Positions 24,279-34,468 are shown, numbered from the stretch's first letter. The stretch is 64,000 nt of DNA from an uncultured Gemmatimonadaceae bacterium (GCA_963716745.1 OY970320.1:2208001-2272000), one strand, 5' to 3'. Notes: generated by a model not told the origin, from the letters alone. A program made the numbers and translations.

Positions 24279-25832
24279 ATGCGTCGCACCGTCGTACTGC
24301 TGGCGATCGCCATTCTCACCATGCCTTTCGCGGCCCGGTCGCAGGATACCGCGCTCGCCGCGAAGATCAACGCCATCACCGGCCGGCCGGAATTCCGCCA
24401 CGCGATGTGGGGGATCAAGATCGTCGACCTCGACGCGAAGAAGACGCTCTATGAGTTGAACGCCGACAAGCTCTTCTTTCCCGCCTCCACCACAAAACTC
24501 CTCACCATGGGCACCGCGCTCGCGCTGCTCGGCCCCGACTTCCGTTTTCGCACGAATGTCTACGCCGTCGGCACCTGGGGCGCGAACGGCACGCTCAATG
24601 GCGATCTCGTGATCGTCGCCAGCGGCGATCCGAATCTGAGCGGCCGCGTCCGTCCCGATGGCACGCTCGCATTCGAGAACGAGGACCACGCGTACGCCGG
24701 CAACGACTCCATGGCGCGCGCCGTGTCGGGCGATCCACTGCTCGTGATCAAGGAGATGGCGAAACAGGCCGCGTCGAAGGTGAAGACGCTCAACGGCCGC
24801 GTGCTCGTGGATGTCTCGATGTTCCCCGAGGGGCAAGCGGAGGGCGGCTCCGGCGTCATCATGTCGCCGATCATGGTGAACGACAACATCATCGACATCA
24901 CCATCACTCCGGGCACGACGGCGGGTTCGCCGATGACGTTCGTAGCCTCGCCCATGACCGCGTACGCGACGTTCGTGAACAAGACCATCACCGGCGCGGC
25001 AGGCTCGGCGAATACGATCACGCTGGCGGGCGACAGCGTCACGCCGGAGGGAAATCACGTCGTGACCGTGTCCGGTTCATTGCCGGCGCACGGCCCGGCG
25101 ATGCTATTCCCCTATGACGTTCCGTTGCCGAGCCGCTTCGCGGCGGTGACGTTCACCGAGGCGCTCACGGCGGCGGGCACGAGAGTGATCGCACCCGCCG
25201 CGCCCGCGAAACCGGACTGGCCGAGGCTCGCCACCGGTTACACGTCAGCCAACGTCGTCGCCGAGCACGTCTCGCCGCCATACAGCGAAGAGGTAAAGGT
25301 GACGCTCAAGGTGAGCGATAATCTGCATGCGGCGGTCACGCACTACATCCTCGGCGCCGTGATCGGCAAGAAGGATACCGCGAAGACCGGCTTCGATCTC
25401 GAGCGGGAATTCCTCTTGAAGGGCGGGCTCGATCTCAGCGGCGCGCAGCAGGCCGACGGACTCGGCGCCGACGATCATTTCACGCCCGATTTCATGGTGA
25501 GCTATCTCAGCTGGTACACCACGCTGCCGACGTATCCGGTATTCCTGAAGGCGCTGCCCATTCTTGGGCGCGATGGCACTCTGTACAACATCCAGACGAC
25601 TTCGCCGGCGGCCGGCCATGTCTTCGCGAAGACGGGCACGTTCGCCAGCGGCGATCCGCTGAACAAGACGTTGCTCGTGACCGCGAAGGGGCTCGCGGGC
25701 TACATCACGACCGCAGCTGGCCGGCATCTGGTGTTCGCGGTGTACGTGAACAACGTGGCGGTGCCGAGTGGGGACGATGTGACGAAGATCGTGGGGCAGG
25801 CGGTGGGAGCGGTGGCGGCGGCGGCGTACTAA
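24279..25832 (+). CDS. dacB: D-alanyl-D-alanine carboxypeptidase/endopeptidase (peptidase S13, PBP4-like)
   Basis: Signal peptide; PASTTK (SxxK), SDN (SxN), AKTG motifs, GDPNL. Confidence 0.9.
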   Translation: MRRTVVLLAIAILTMPFAARSQDTALAAKINAITGRPEFRHAMWGIKIVDLDAKKTLYELNADKLFFPASTTKLLTMGTALALLGPDFRFRTNVYAVGTWGANGTLNGDLVIVASGDPNLSGRVRPDGTLAFENEDHAYAGNDSMARAVSGDPLLVIKEMAKQAASKVKTLNGRVLVDVSMFPEGQAEGGSGVIMSPIMVNDNIIDITITPGTTAGSPMTFVASPMTAYATFVNKTITGAAGSANTITLAGDSVTPEGNHVVTVSGSLPAHGPAMLFPYDVPLPSRFAAVTFTEALTAAGTRVIAPAAPAKPDWPRLATGYTSANVVAEHVSPPYSEEVKVTLKVSDNLHAAVTHYILGAVIGKKDTAKTGFDLEREFLLKGGLDLSGAQQADGLGADDHFTPDFMVSYLSWYTTLPTYPVFLKALPILGRDGTLYNIQTTSPAAGHVFAKTGTFASGDPLNKTLLVTAKGLAGYITTAAGRHLVFAVYVNNVAVPSGDDVTKIVGQAVGAVAAAAY

Positions 25833-25938
25833 CAGTGCAGACAGCCGGGAACCGCTGTCCGGGAACCGGTGAGGAATAACAAGATATTTTGTCATGCCTC
25901 ACCGGTTCCCGGAAACCGGTTCCCGGTAGTCCGCACTG
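25833..25938. repeat. Palindromic element family B, copy 1
   Basis: CCGGGAACCG x2, AT-rich centre ATAACAAGATATTTTGTCAT, CGGTTCCCGG x2; begins immediately after the dacB stop. Confidence 0.85.
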
Positions 25939-25971
25939 AAACATCCCTCCGCGTCGGTCCGTAGAAACATT

Positions 25972-27777
25972 ATGACCACTACTATGTTTCGGGCCGCGGC
26001 GGCGATGGTGGTGCTCGCCGGCTCCGCGGCGCAGGCGCAGGGAACGTTCCGCGGGAACGATCTCCGGCTGGGGACGTATCCGGCAAGCACGAAGCCGCAG
26101 CTCGCGGGGATCGCGTGGCGGGTCTACACCGGCGGCGAGGTGATCGCGAGTCCCACGATCGTCGATGGCGTCGTCTACATCGGATCGGGCAACGGCGTCA
26201 TGTACGCGATGGACGCCGCCACGGGGGCTAAGCGCTGGAGCGTCTCCCTCGGCAACCCGATCAGTGCCACAGCGGCCGTGGACGGCGGCAACGTGTACGT
26301 CGGCGCACGCGACGGCAGCCTCTATGCGCTGAGCGCCGCCACGGGCAAGCAGATCTGGCGCTTCGCGAGCGGCGCACCCATGGAACTGCATTGGGGGCAC
26401 GAGAGCGGCGACTACTGGACGTCGTCGCCCGCGGTGCAGGGCGGCACGGTGGTGTTCGGTGGCAGCGATGGGAACGTGTACGCCGTGAGCGCCGCGACGG
26501 GCAAACTGCTCTGGAAGAGCTTCACCGAGGGGCGCGTGCATTCGTCGCCCGCGATCAATGGCGACAATGTCGTGATCGGATCGTTCGACGGCACGGTGCG
26601 CTGCTATTCGCTCGCGACCGGCAAGGAGCGCTGGAAATTCGCGACGACCGGCACGACGCTCGAGTCGAAGAACTTCGGCTACGACCGGCGCACGGTGCAA
26701 TCTTCGCCCGTGATCGCGAACGGCGTGGCGGTCGTCGGCGCGCGCGACGGGTTCATCTACGCGATCGACGTGGCCACCGGCAAGGAAAAGTGGCACTACG
26801 ATCACAAGATCTCTTGGATCAATTCGTCGGCCGCATTCATGGACGGCACGCTCTACGACGCCAGCTCCGACGCGGCGTTCGTGCAGGCGCTCGACGCCGC
26901 CACCGGAACGCAGAAGTGGCGCTACACCGCCGACGCACCCGTATGGAGCTCTCCGGCCGCGACCGGCGACTGGCTCTATGTGGGTGACTTCGTCGGCCGC
27001 CTGCACGCGATCTCGCGCGCCGACGGCAAGCGCCAGTGGCTGCTTCGCACCGGCTCGATGATCCTCAGCTCGCCCGTGCCCTTCCGCGATCTCGTGATCG
27101 TGGGCAGCACCGATGGCGCGGTGTACGGCGTGCGCACGTCGGACACCGCGGTGCAGCGCGCCGTGTTCTTCGACAGCGCGTATCTCAAGGCCGCGCACGT
27201 GGACGATCCGGGCAAGACCGCCGCGTACTTCTCGCGTCGCGGCTACACGCAGGTGGATGCTGCCGCGCTCAAGACGTGGATGGAAGCCCGTATCTCGGAC
27301 AAAGCGCCGAGTACCGTCGTGTTCGCCGTCGATTTCGCGCCCGAAGCGATCGCGGGCAAGCCGTACGCGTCGAGTCTGTTCCGGCGCTATCTCGAGAGCG
27401 GCGGCAAGATCGTGTGGGCGGGCCTCCCGCCCGCGCTCTGGCCGCGCGACAGCACCGGCGGTCCGGTGCAGAGTCTTCTCGCGATCGACTGGAAGGCGTC
27501 CAGCGAGCTACTCGGCGTGAACGTAGACGACGCGATCTTCGACGCGCGCGGCGTGCAGGCGACGAATGCGGGGCTCGCATGGGGCATGACGCCCGGTCAC
27601 TATCGCGACGCGTGGAGCGTGGACGTGCGCGGGGTGACGACTGTGCTCGCGCAGGACGAATGGGGACTGGCCGCCGCGTGGGTGAAGAATTACGGCGGAG
27701 CGCCGGGAACAGGCTTCGTGAAGGTGCCGAGTTCCGATCCGTTCGTGATTTATCTGGCGGCGGAGTATAGACCTTGA
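25972..27777 (+). CDS. Secreted PQQ-like (BamB-type) beta-propeller repeat protein with extra C-terminal domain
   Basis: Signal peptide; many SSP...G..DG..YA.DA.TG...W repeats. Confidence 0.88.
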   Translation: MTTTMFRAAAAMVVLAGSAAQAQGTFRGNDLRLGTYPASTKPQLAGIAWRVYTGGEVIASPTIVDGVVYIGSGNGVMYAMDAATGAKRWSVSLGNPISATAAVDGGNVYVGARDGSLYALSAATGKQIWRFASGAPMELHWGHESGDYWTSSPAVQGGTVVFGGSDGNVYAVSAATGKLLWKSFTEGRVHSSPAINGDNVVIGSFDGTVRCYSLATGKERWKFATTGTTLESKNFGYDRRTVQSSPVIANGVAVVGARDGFIYAIDVATGKEKWHYDHKISWINSSAAFMDGTLYDASSDAAFVQALDAATGTQKWRYTADAPVWSSPAATGDWLYVGDFVGRLHAISRADGKRQWLLRTGSMILSSPVPFRDLVIVGSTDGAVYGVRTSDTAVQRAVFFDSAYLKAAHVDDPGKTAAYFSRRGYTQVDAAALKTWMEARISDKAPSTVVFAVDFAPEAIAGKPYASSLFRRYLESGGKIVWAGLPPALWPRDSTGGPVQSLLAIDWKASSELLGVNVDDAIFDARGVQATNAGLAWGMTPGHYRDAWSVDVRGVTTVLAQDEWGLAAAWVKNYGGAPGTGFVKVPSSDPFVIYLAAEYRP

Positions 27778-27783
27778 ACAGCT

Positions 27784-27875
27784 AACTGCCGGGAACCGAT
27801 TTCCGGGAACCGGTATGGCATGACAAGATATTTTGTTATGCCTCACCGGTTCCCGGCAATCGGTTCCCGGCAGTT
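27784..27875. repeat. Palindromic element family B, copy 2
   Basis: AACTGCCGGGAACCGATTTCCGGGAACCGGT...ATGACAAGATATTTTGTTAT...ACCGGTTCCCGGCAATCGGTTCCCGGCAGTT. Confidence 0.85.
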
Positions 27876-27979
27876 CTTTCCGCGCCTGGCCTCCGGCCAT
27901 TAGCCGCGTCTAACGCGACCGTTTGCATTCTCCGTTCCCATCGCACAAGCTTGCCGCATCCTCTTCTCATGAGCGGTTA

Positions 27980-29323
27980 ATGCGAGCGTGCGATAATGCG
28001 GATCGTGTGCGCCTGCTCGGGAACATTGCCACTGCCGTCGCGATGCTCGGCATCGCCGCGTGCGCTGGCAGTGGGTCGAACACCACCGCGCCCCCCGCGA
28101 CGGGTTCGGTGACCGTCAGCGTGACCGTGCACGGGAACGGCCATGATGCCAACGGGTTCGCCGTGAACATCGGCAATCTCTTCGCGCCGGTGCAGCCCGG
28201 AACTCCGGCGACGCTGTCATCGATCCCGGCGGGCAATGTCACCGCGACGCTCTCCGGCCTCGGCCCCGGGTGCTCCGCGGACATGGATTCCATCGTGACG
28301 CACGTGACGGGAGGAGACACTGCCGCGGTGCAGTTCGCCGTCGGATGCTACGGCGCGATCGCGTATGGCATCGCGAACGGCGTGAACGAGACTCAGATCG
28401 TGTATCTCGACGAGAATGGCCACGCGGTGCAGGTCACCTCGGGCACGAGCCGGAACGTGATGCTCGATTTCTCGCGGGATGGCTCCCGCATCCTGTTCGC
28501 GAGCAACCGGAATGGGTCCGACAAGCTCTTCGCCGTGGGGATCGACGGGGCGGGATTGGTGCAATTGACGTCCGGATCAGATGAGGACGTGACGGGGCGC
28601 TGGTCGCCCGACGGAAGCAAGGTCGTATTCTACCGTGCATCAGCTGGCGGGTCCGGCTCGTACTCCGTCTACGTGGTTGACGCGAACGGCTCGAATGAGA
28701 CGCTGTTGCTTGATAGTGCGCACATTGACTTCGACCCATCATGGACGCCGGACGGGAGCAAGATCATCTTCGCGTGCGATCGCTTCAGCTCGTTGACGCG
28801 GGAATTGTGCTCCATGACGCCGACCGGCACCGGCCTCGCACAGATCGGCTCGTTCAGCGACGTGCAGTTCCCGGTGACCGATCCGACCGGCGCATACATT
28901 GCGTTCCAGGGTTATGGAAGTGCGACGACGATCTGGGTGACCCCAGTCAATGGCTCCTCGGCCGTGAATCTGACCCCCAGCGTAGAGTCGCTCGGGTTCG
29001 ACTGGGCGCCGGATGGCACCAAGCTGGCACTCTACACGTCGGGCGGGAGCGGAGGCTACCTCGTTCAGCGCATCAATCGCGACGGCAGCGGCTTGACTCC
29101 GCTGACCACCGCCGCCGATTCGGCGGGTGATCCGCATTGGTCTCCCGATGGCGGCCGCATCGCATTTCGTGCGGTGCGAGGGGCGACGGGGCAGATCTGG
29201 GTGGTGGATCCGAATGGCGGCGATTGGCACCGCGTCACGTCCGATGTGAGCGGTACGTTCCTTCCGTTCTGGAGCCCGGCCGCGCATTCCACCGCCGCCG
29301 TCGCGCGCGCGGTTCGGCGCTGA
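27980..29323 (+). CDS. TolB-like (PD40 repeat) lipoprotein
   Basis: Lipobox-like IAAC; repeated W(S/T/A)PDG motifs; start uncertain. Confidence 0.82.
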   Translation: MRACDNADRVRLLGNIATAVAMLGIAACAGSGSNTTAPPATGSVTVSVTVHGNGHDANGFAVNIGNLFAPVQPGTPATLSSIPAGNVTATLSGLGPGCSADMDSIVTHVTGGDTAAVQFAVGCYGAIAYGIANGVNETQIVYLDENGHAVQVTSGTSRNVMLDFSRDGSRILFASNRNGSDKLFAVGIDGAGLVQLTSGSDEDVTGRWSPDGSKVVFYRASAGGSGSYSVYVVDANGSNETLLLDSAHIDFDPSWTPDGSKIIFACDRFSSLTRELCSMTPTGTGLAQIGSFSDVQFPVTDPTGAYIAFQGYGSATTIWVTPVNGSSAVNLTPSVESLGFDWAPDGTKLALYTSGGSGGYLVQRINRDGSGLTPLTTAADSAGDPHWSPDGGRIAFRAVRGATGQIWVVDPNGGDWHRVTSDVSGTFLPFWSPAAHSTAAVARAVRR

Positions 29324-29395
29324 TTCGCGGTGGACTTGCGCGCCGCGCCGCTGCACCTTCTTCTCGTCGCGCCACCTCCACTCCAGGACGCAGCC

Positions 29396-29491
29396 ATGGA
29401 CGCCGGTGAGAAGAAGATCCACAAGAAGATCGTGTTCGGCGGTGTGATCATCCTGATCGCAATGGCAGGATGGATCCTGCTCATGATGTGA
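29396..29491 (+). CDS. 31-aa single-pass membrane microprotein
   Basis: MDAGEKKIHKKIVFGGVIILIAMAGWILLMM; AGGA RBS; stop overlaps the next GTG start. Confidence 0.55.
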   Translation: MDAGEKKIHKKIVFGGVIILIAMAGWILLMM

Positions 29492-29949
29492 GATCCGTCC
29501 AGGCGCTCTCTCCCACCAAGCAACTCGCCGCCTTCATCGACAAATACGATCCCTCGGTCGCCAAACTCGCGCGCTCGCTCCGCGCCGCGATGCGCAAGCG
29601 GCTCCCCACCGCCAACGAACTGGTCTACGATAACTACCAGTTCCTCGCGATCGGCTACTGCTCCACTGAGCGGGCCTCCGATTGCATCTGCTCGCTCGCA
29701 GTGTCTCCCAAGGGCGTAGCGCTCTGCTTCACGTACGGCGCAAAGCTGCCTGACCCGGCGAAGATCCTCTATGGTGGCGGCAACCAGGTGCGCTTCGCAC
29801 GGCTCGAGAGCGCCGCCTCGCTCGCCAAACCAGCGCTCGCGAAACTCATCCGTGTCGCGGCCGAGCGAGGCAAGGTTCCGCTCCCCAAAGGCACGCGCGG
29901 GAAGCTTATCATTAAGTCGATCTCGGCGAAGCAGCGGCCGAGGAGATAG
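29488..29949 (+). CDS. DUF1801/YdhG-like domain protein
   Basis: ELVYDNY...IGY and L.F..GA.LPDP..IL.G.G.QVR patterns. Confidence 0.7.
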   Translation: MRSVQALSPTKQLAAFIDKYDPSVAKLARSLRAAMRKRLPTANELVYDNYQFLAIGYCSTERASDCICSLAVSPKGVALCFTYGAKLPDPAKILYGGGNQVRFARLESAASLAKPALAKLIRVAAERGKVPLPKGTRGKLIIKSISAKQRPRR

Positions 29950-29989
29950 CGACCGATCCGCGCGGCGTCTCCCCTTTCACGGCAGCAAC

Positions 29990-30508
29990 ATGAGATCTGT
30001 CTCTGCGACCCGTATCGCTCTTGCATTCACACTCTGCGTCGTGCCGGGCTACGCCACCGCCCAGGCCGCTGCCCCTGCCCACGTCGAACTCCGCGGCTCC
30101 GCCGGCCAGCTCCGCTTCGTCACGGACTCCGATCTCGCCACGATGCCGCGCACGGAGGTCAAAGCCGCGGCCCACGAAGTGTCCGGCACCTTCAGCGGCG
30201 TCAGACTCTCCGACCTCCTTCACCTGGTGGGCATGCCGGGCGGCGATTCCCTCCGCGGCCAGGCGCTTGCGCAGTACGTGCTCATCGAAGCGGCCGACGG
30301 CTATCGCGTCACTTTCTCGATCGCCGAACTCAGCCCGAGCTTCACCGACAAACTCGTCCTCCTCGTGAATCGCAGCAACGGCGCGCCACTCTCCGCCAGC
30401 GACGGACCCTTCCGCCTCGTCGTGCCCGACGAGAAACGCCCCGCGCGCTGGGTGCGGCAAGTGACCCGTATCAGCATCATCGCCGTCCCCAAGTCCGCCG
30501 CGCCGTGA
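29990..30508 (+). CDS. Secreted molybdopterin-dependent oxidoreductase-like protein (Oxidored_molyb domain)
   Basis: FSGVRLSDLL, AADGYRV.FS..EL, GPFRLVVP.EKR.ARWVR. Confidence 0.78.
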   Translation: MRSVSATRIALAFTLCVVPGYATAQAAAPAHVELRGSAGQLRFVTDSDLATMPRTEVKAAAHEVSGTFSGVRLSDLLHLVGMPGGDSLRGQALAQYVLIEAADGYRVTFSIAELSPSFTDKLVLLVNRSNGAPLSASDGPFRLVVPDEKRPARWVRQVTRISIIAVPKSAAP

Positions 30509-31595
30509 CCTCCATGCCGGACATACGCGCCGCTACGGCCGCGTATGAGAAATGGCTTGGCGCGCGCGTGCCGCTCATCGCGCCCGACCTCGCGCGCAAG
30601 CACGACGCGATGCGCGGCGATCGCTTCTCCTTCATGCGCGCGACGTACTACCGCTGGGCGCAACTGTGGCCGGACGCATGCGAGCACGAAGCCGGCGCGC
30701 CGCGCGTGCTCGCGGTCGGCGATCTGCACGTCGACAATTTCGGAACCTGGCGCGACGCCGAGGGCCGGCTCGTCTGGGGAGTGAACGACCTCGATGAAGC
30801 CTGGCGCCTCCCGTTCACGAACGACCTCATTCGCCTCGCGGTCTCGGCGCGCATCGCGGTGGAGGAACACGCGCTCGCACTCGACGCCGACGCCGCGATC
30901 GACACGATCCTCGAGGGATATCGCGAGGGATTGGCGGCACCGCCGGCGCCGTTCGTGCTCGCCGAGGCGCATCCGAGCGCTGCACCGAATGGCCACCGCG
31001 CGCCTCAAGGATCCCGAACAGTTCTGGGACAAGTTGCGCGCGTCGCGATTCGTGACGTCGCCCGTGCCCGCCGCGGCGCTCGTCGCGCTGCGCCGCGCGA
31101 TGCCCGACCGCGAGAGCCCCAAGCGCATCCAGCATCGCATCGCGGGACTCGGATCGCTCGGCCGGCCGCGCTACGTGGCGGTCATGGAGTGGCACGGCGG
31201 GCTGATCGCGCGCGAAGCGAAACCGATCGTCGCGTCGGCCGCGGCGTGGGCGGCGGGCAAGCGCGCGAGCGTGCGCGCCGCTCTACGGCAAGTTGTTGGC
31301 GACCGCGGTGCGATGTCCCGATCCCTTCGTATTTCCGAGCGGACGCTGGCTCGTGCGACGGCTCGCGCCCGATTGCTCACGCATCGATCTCGAAGCACTG
31401 CCGCGCGAGCGCGATGAGGCGCGCTTGATGCACGCGATGGGCCGCGAGACGGCGAACATCCACCTCGGGTCGATCGACGCCAAGAAGCTCGCGGCCGACC
31501 TGCGGAAGCGCCCGAAGCGATGGCTCGGAAAGGCGGTGGACCGGATGACCGGCGCCCTCGAGCGGGACTGGAAGGAGTGGCGCAAAGGGCGGTAA
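30505..31595 (+). CDS. DUF2252-family kinase-like protein (frameshifts near 30975 and 31285)
   Basis: F.RATYYRW, GDLHVDNFG, GVNDLDEA, then AGLGSLGRPRY and REAK in a second frame and the C-terminus in a third. Confidence 0.75.
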
Positions 31596-31605
31596 GTTGG
31601 AGGAC

Positions 31606-32151
31606 ATGATGCCCAACGAATCGCGCGCGCCGATCACCGTCCGCTTCAAATTCACACTGGAAGAGCTCGCCGAGGTGACGGAGCGGGGGATCACCAGCCG
31701 CCCGGCCCATCTGCGGCGCCGTCGCAACGCCGCGATCCTCCTGGGTCTCGTCGCGGCGGGCGGCGCGTATCTTGCGACCATGTCGCGGCCGAACGCAGGG
31801 TTGCTCCCGATGCTGGCCGCATTCGTGATCGCCGCCGGTGGAAGTTACTTCCTGGTGCCGCGATTCTACCGCCCGCGCATCGTGGAACTGCTCAAGGAGC
31901 GCGTGCAGGGCGAGGGCCCCTTCGAGTGCGTGGTGACGCTCGACGCGAACGGCTGCACCTTCGAGCAACTCGACATGATCATCACCCGGAAATGGCGCGC
32001 GATCCGCGACGTGAGAGACGGCGACAAGGGCGTTGACCTGACCGGCCGCGACGGCACGATCTCCCTCGTGCGCGATCGGGCGTTCGCGACTCCGTTTGCG
32101 AGGGAAGAGTTCGTCGCATATGCGAAAGAGATGATCGCATCGGCGCACTGA
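31606..32151 (+). CDS. YcxB-like membrane protein
   Basis: Two TM helices followed by a PH-like domain with W..I..V and RAF motifs; GGAGG RBS. Confidence 0.65.
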   Translation: MMPNESRAPITVRFKFTLEELAEVTERGITSRPAHLRRRRNAAILLGLVAAGGAYLATMSRPNAGLLPMLAAFVIAAGGSYFLVPRFYRPRIVELLKERVQGEGPFECVVTLDANGCTFEQLDMIITRKWRAIRDVRDGDKGVDLTGRDGTISLVRDRAFATPFAREEFVAYAKEMIASAH

Positions 32152-32176
32152 TCGCTTTTGTCGTGGCCGATCCGAG

Positions 32177-32378
32177 ATCACGGTTCATGTTTAACGGGAT
32201 GCGGCGGAAACAGCACGGATTGATTCCGTGCGTGATGGCAGATCGCCGCGCGCGGTCGGGCTTCTGTAGTTGTTGTTAACAACAAAAACCCGGCGCTATT
32301 GAGAAGGGGTGATCCATTCCGCCGCATGGAGTCGATCCGTGCTGTTTCCGCCGTATCCCGTTAAACATGAACCGTGAT
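32177..32378. repeat. Palindromic element family A, copy 2 (inverted relative to copy 1)
   Basis: Same terminal arms and central palindrome; perfect 16-bp outer IR extends it to 32161-32394. Confidence 0.9.
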
Positions 32379-32422
32379 CTCGGATCGGCCACGATGATGC
32401 TGAGGCTCCATGGGACCAAATG

Positions 32423-32457
32423 AAAAAGCGGCGGGCGAAGATCTCGCCCGCCGCTTT
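32423..32457 (-). terminator. Rho-independent terminator for the minus-strand DUF305/LVIVD operon
   Basis: GCGGCGGGCGA-loop-TCGCCCGCCGC stem followed by TTTTT on the minus strand. Confidence 0.75.
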
Positions 32458-32479
32458 GAATTCGAATCCGGTCCAACCA

Positions 32480-34468
32480 CTACATCGTCGTCGTCTTCCC
32501 CAGCATCTTCACGACGCCCGCGAGCATACCCACCTTCGCCGCGTCGCTCGAACCCTTCTCGTCCGCATCCAGCGACGCGGCGAGCTTGTTCAGTTCGTCC
32601 GACCGCGCTGTGCCCGACGCCTTCTCGGCGCGCTCGAGCGCCTCACGCGCGTCCTTGATCTTGCCGCTCGACAAACCCTCCGACCGCTCCAGCTGGTCGA
32701 GATAGGCCTGCGCGAGCACGAACGTCGCCGGCCACACCAGCTTCGGCTGGCCCTGCGTGTTCAGATAGTCGAGGTGCACTGTCTTCGCGGCCGCGATCTC
32801 GTTCGCCGTGAGGTACGGGCTCGGCGTGAGTTCGAAGATGTCGAGGCCGCGCGCGATCTCGGAGCTGATCATGTAACCGTTGTACCAGTACACCGACCAG
32901 CTGCCGCCCATCGCCATGCGAGCGGAGTCCACCGGTCCGCGGTCGAAGAACGCGATCTCTTTCGCGTGCGCCGCATCGGTCCAGTCGAACACCGACACGC
33001 CGCCCTGGTACCACGCCTGCACCATCACGTCGCGGCCGGGGATCGGGATCAGGCCGCCGTTGTGCGCCACGCAATTCTCCTGCGGCGTCTGCGCCGCCGG
33101 CATCTTGTAGTAGCCCTGGAACACGAGCTTGTTGTCGACGATCGTGAAGAGCGCGTCGGCGCCCCAGTCCTTCGGGTCCGTGGCACGGCACTTCGGCTGG
33201 CCGCCGCCGCCCCACTCATCGGAGAAGAGCAGTTTCGTGCCGTCGTTGTTGAACGTCGCCGAGTGCCAGTACGAGAAGTTCGAATCGCTCGCCGCGGCCA
33301 AGCGCATCGGATGCGTCGGGTCCGAGATGTTGAGCAACAGCCCGTAGCCTTCGCACGCGCCGCCGGCGAGTCCGATCGCCGGATAGACCGTAATGTCATG
33401 GCACTGCGTGGGACCCGGGCGCGGACCCGAGCCCGGCGTGGTGGGCGTGATGCCGAACATCTTGTTGATGATGCCGTCGAGCGCCGGACGCAGCGCCGCG
33501 CTGTCCGCGGCCGTCGGAGCGCCCGTGCCGCCGCGCGCCTTCACGATGCTGTCGAGCAGCGGATCGATCGTGCGCGGCGACAGGATGCGGGGCATTCCCT
33601 GGTAGACCCAGATGAACGCGCCCTTCGCGCTCGCCGAGTCCGCGGCCTTCTTCGCCGCGGCCATGTCGGTCGCGGTCTCGCCGTGCCGGGCCGGCGCGAC
33701 GAGGTCGTTGAAGATGCGCGGCGAGTTCACGATCGCGGCCTGCTCCGGATGCGCGAGCGGCACCTTGATCACTTCGATGCGGAACAGCGCCGAGTTCGGA
33801 TCGGCTGACGGCGCGGCCTTGGAGCAGCCCGGCATCTCGTTCGGCGAACGCACGCCCGCCGAGCCCGAGATGTAGACGTACACGTTCTCGGGATCCTTGG
33901 GATCGTAGAGCACCGTGTGCGTGTGCGAGCCGCGGCACGTTTGCACGTTGCCGACGTTCACTGGGTGCTGGATGTCGCTGATGTTGAAGATGCGCAGTCC
34001 GCGCAGGCGCTCCGTGCTCACTGTGTCCTTCACGCCCTGGGCGCCGCAATCGAGCCGGCCGCTCAGGCCTTCACCCGACACGAACAGCAGGTTCTTGAAC
34101 ACCGACACGTCGCTCTGCGACGCGGGGCAGTAGAACGCGATCTTGAGCGCCGGCTTGCTCGCGTCGGACACGTCCCACACCTGGTAGCCGGCGTAGCTCC
34201 CCTGGATCACATAGGGGCCGGTGAAGGCGAGATCGGAATTCGTCTGGCCCACGAACTTCTCCGAGGGCGGTGTGTTGGACACGAGCTTCATGTTCCACGA
34301 CGCTTCGCCGGCGTTGTTGAGGCCGGCCTTGAGTCCGACGCGCGGGTCGGGGCTCGGCGCGACGACGTTCAGCCCCTTCGACGACGGATGCGTGCACGCG
34401 GCCACGGACAGCAGGCCGGCGGCGAGCGCGAGGGGGAATGAGCGGCGGATCTGATGCAGCAATGCCAT
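32480..34468 (-). CDS. LVIVD-repeat-like lipoprotein
   Basis: Lipobox VAAC; NSDLAF, Q.DVSV, CRGSHTHT, CHDITV, WHSATF, DEWGGG, ENCVAHN. Confidence 0.8.
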   Translation of the reverse strand: MALLHQIRRSFPLALAAGLLSVAACTHPSSKGLNVVAPSPDPRVGLKAGLNNAGEASWNMKLVSNTPPSEKFVGQTNSDLAFTGPYVIQGSYAGYQVWDVSDASKPALKIAFYCPASQSDVSVFKNLLFVSGEGLSGRLDCGAQGVKDTVSTERLRGLRIFNISDIQHPVNVGNVQTCRGSHTHTVLYDPKDPENVYVYISGSAGVRSPNEMPGCSKAAPSADPNSALFRIEVIKVPLAHPEQAAIVNSPRIFNDLVAPARHGETATDMAAAKKAADSASAKGAFIWVYQGMPRILSPRTIDPLLDSIVKARGGTGAPTAADSAALRPALDGIINKMFGITPTTPGSGPRPGPTQCHDITVYPAIGLAGGACEGYGLLLNISDPTHPMRLAAASDSNFSYWHSATFNNDGTKLLFSDEWGGGGQPKCRATDPKDWGADALFTIVDNKLVFQGYYKMPAAQTPQENCVAHNGGLIPIPGRDVMVQAWYQGGVSVFDWTDAAHAKEIAFFDRGPVDSARMAMGGSWSVYWYNGYMISSEIARGLDIFELTPSPYLTANEIAAAKTVHLDYLNTQGQPKLVWPATFVLAQAYLDQLERSEGLSSGKIKDAREALERAEKASGTARSDELNKLAASLDADEKGSSDAAKVGMLAGVVKMLGKTTTM

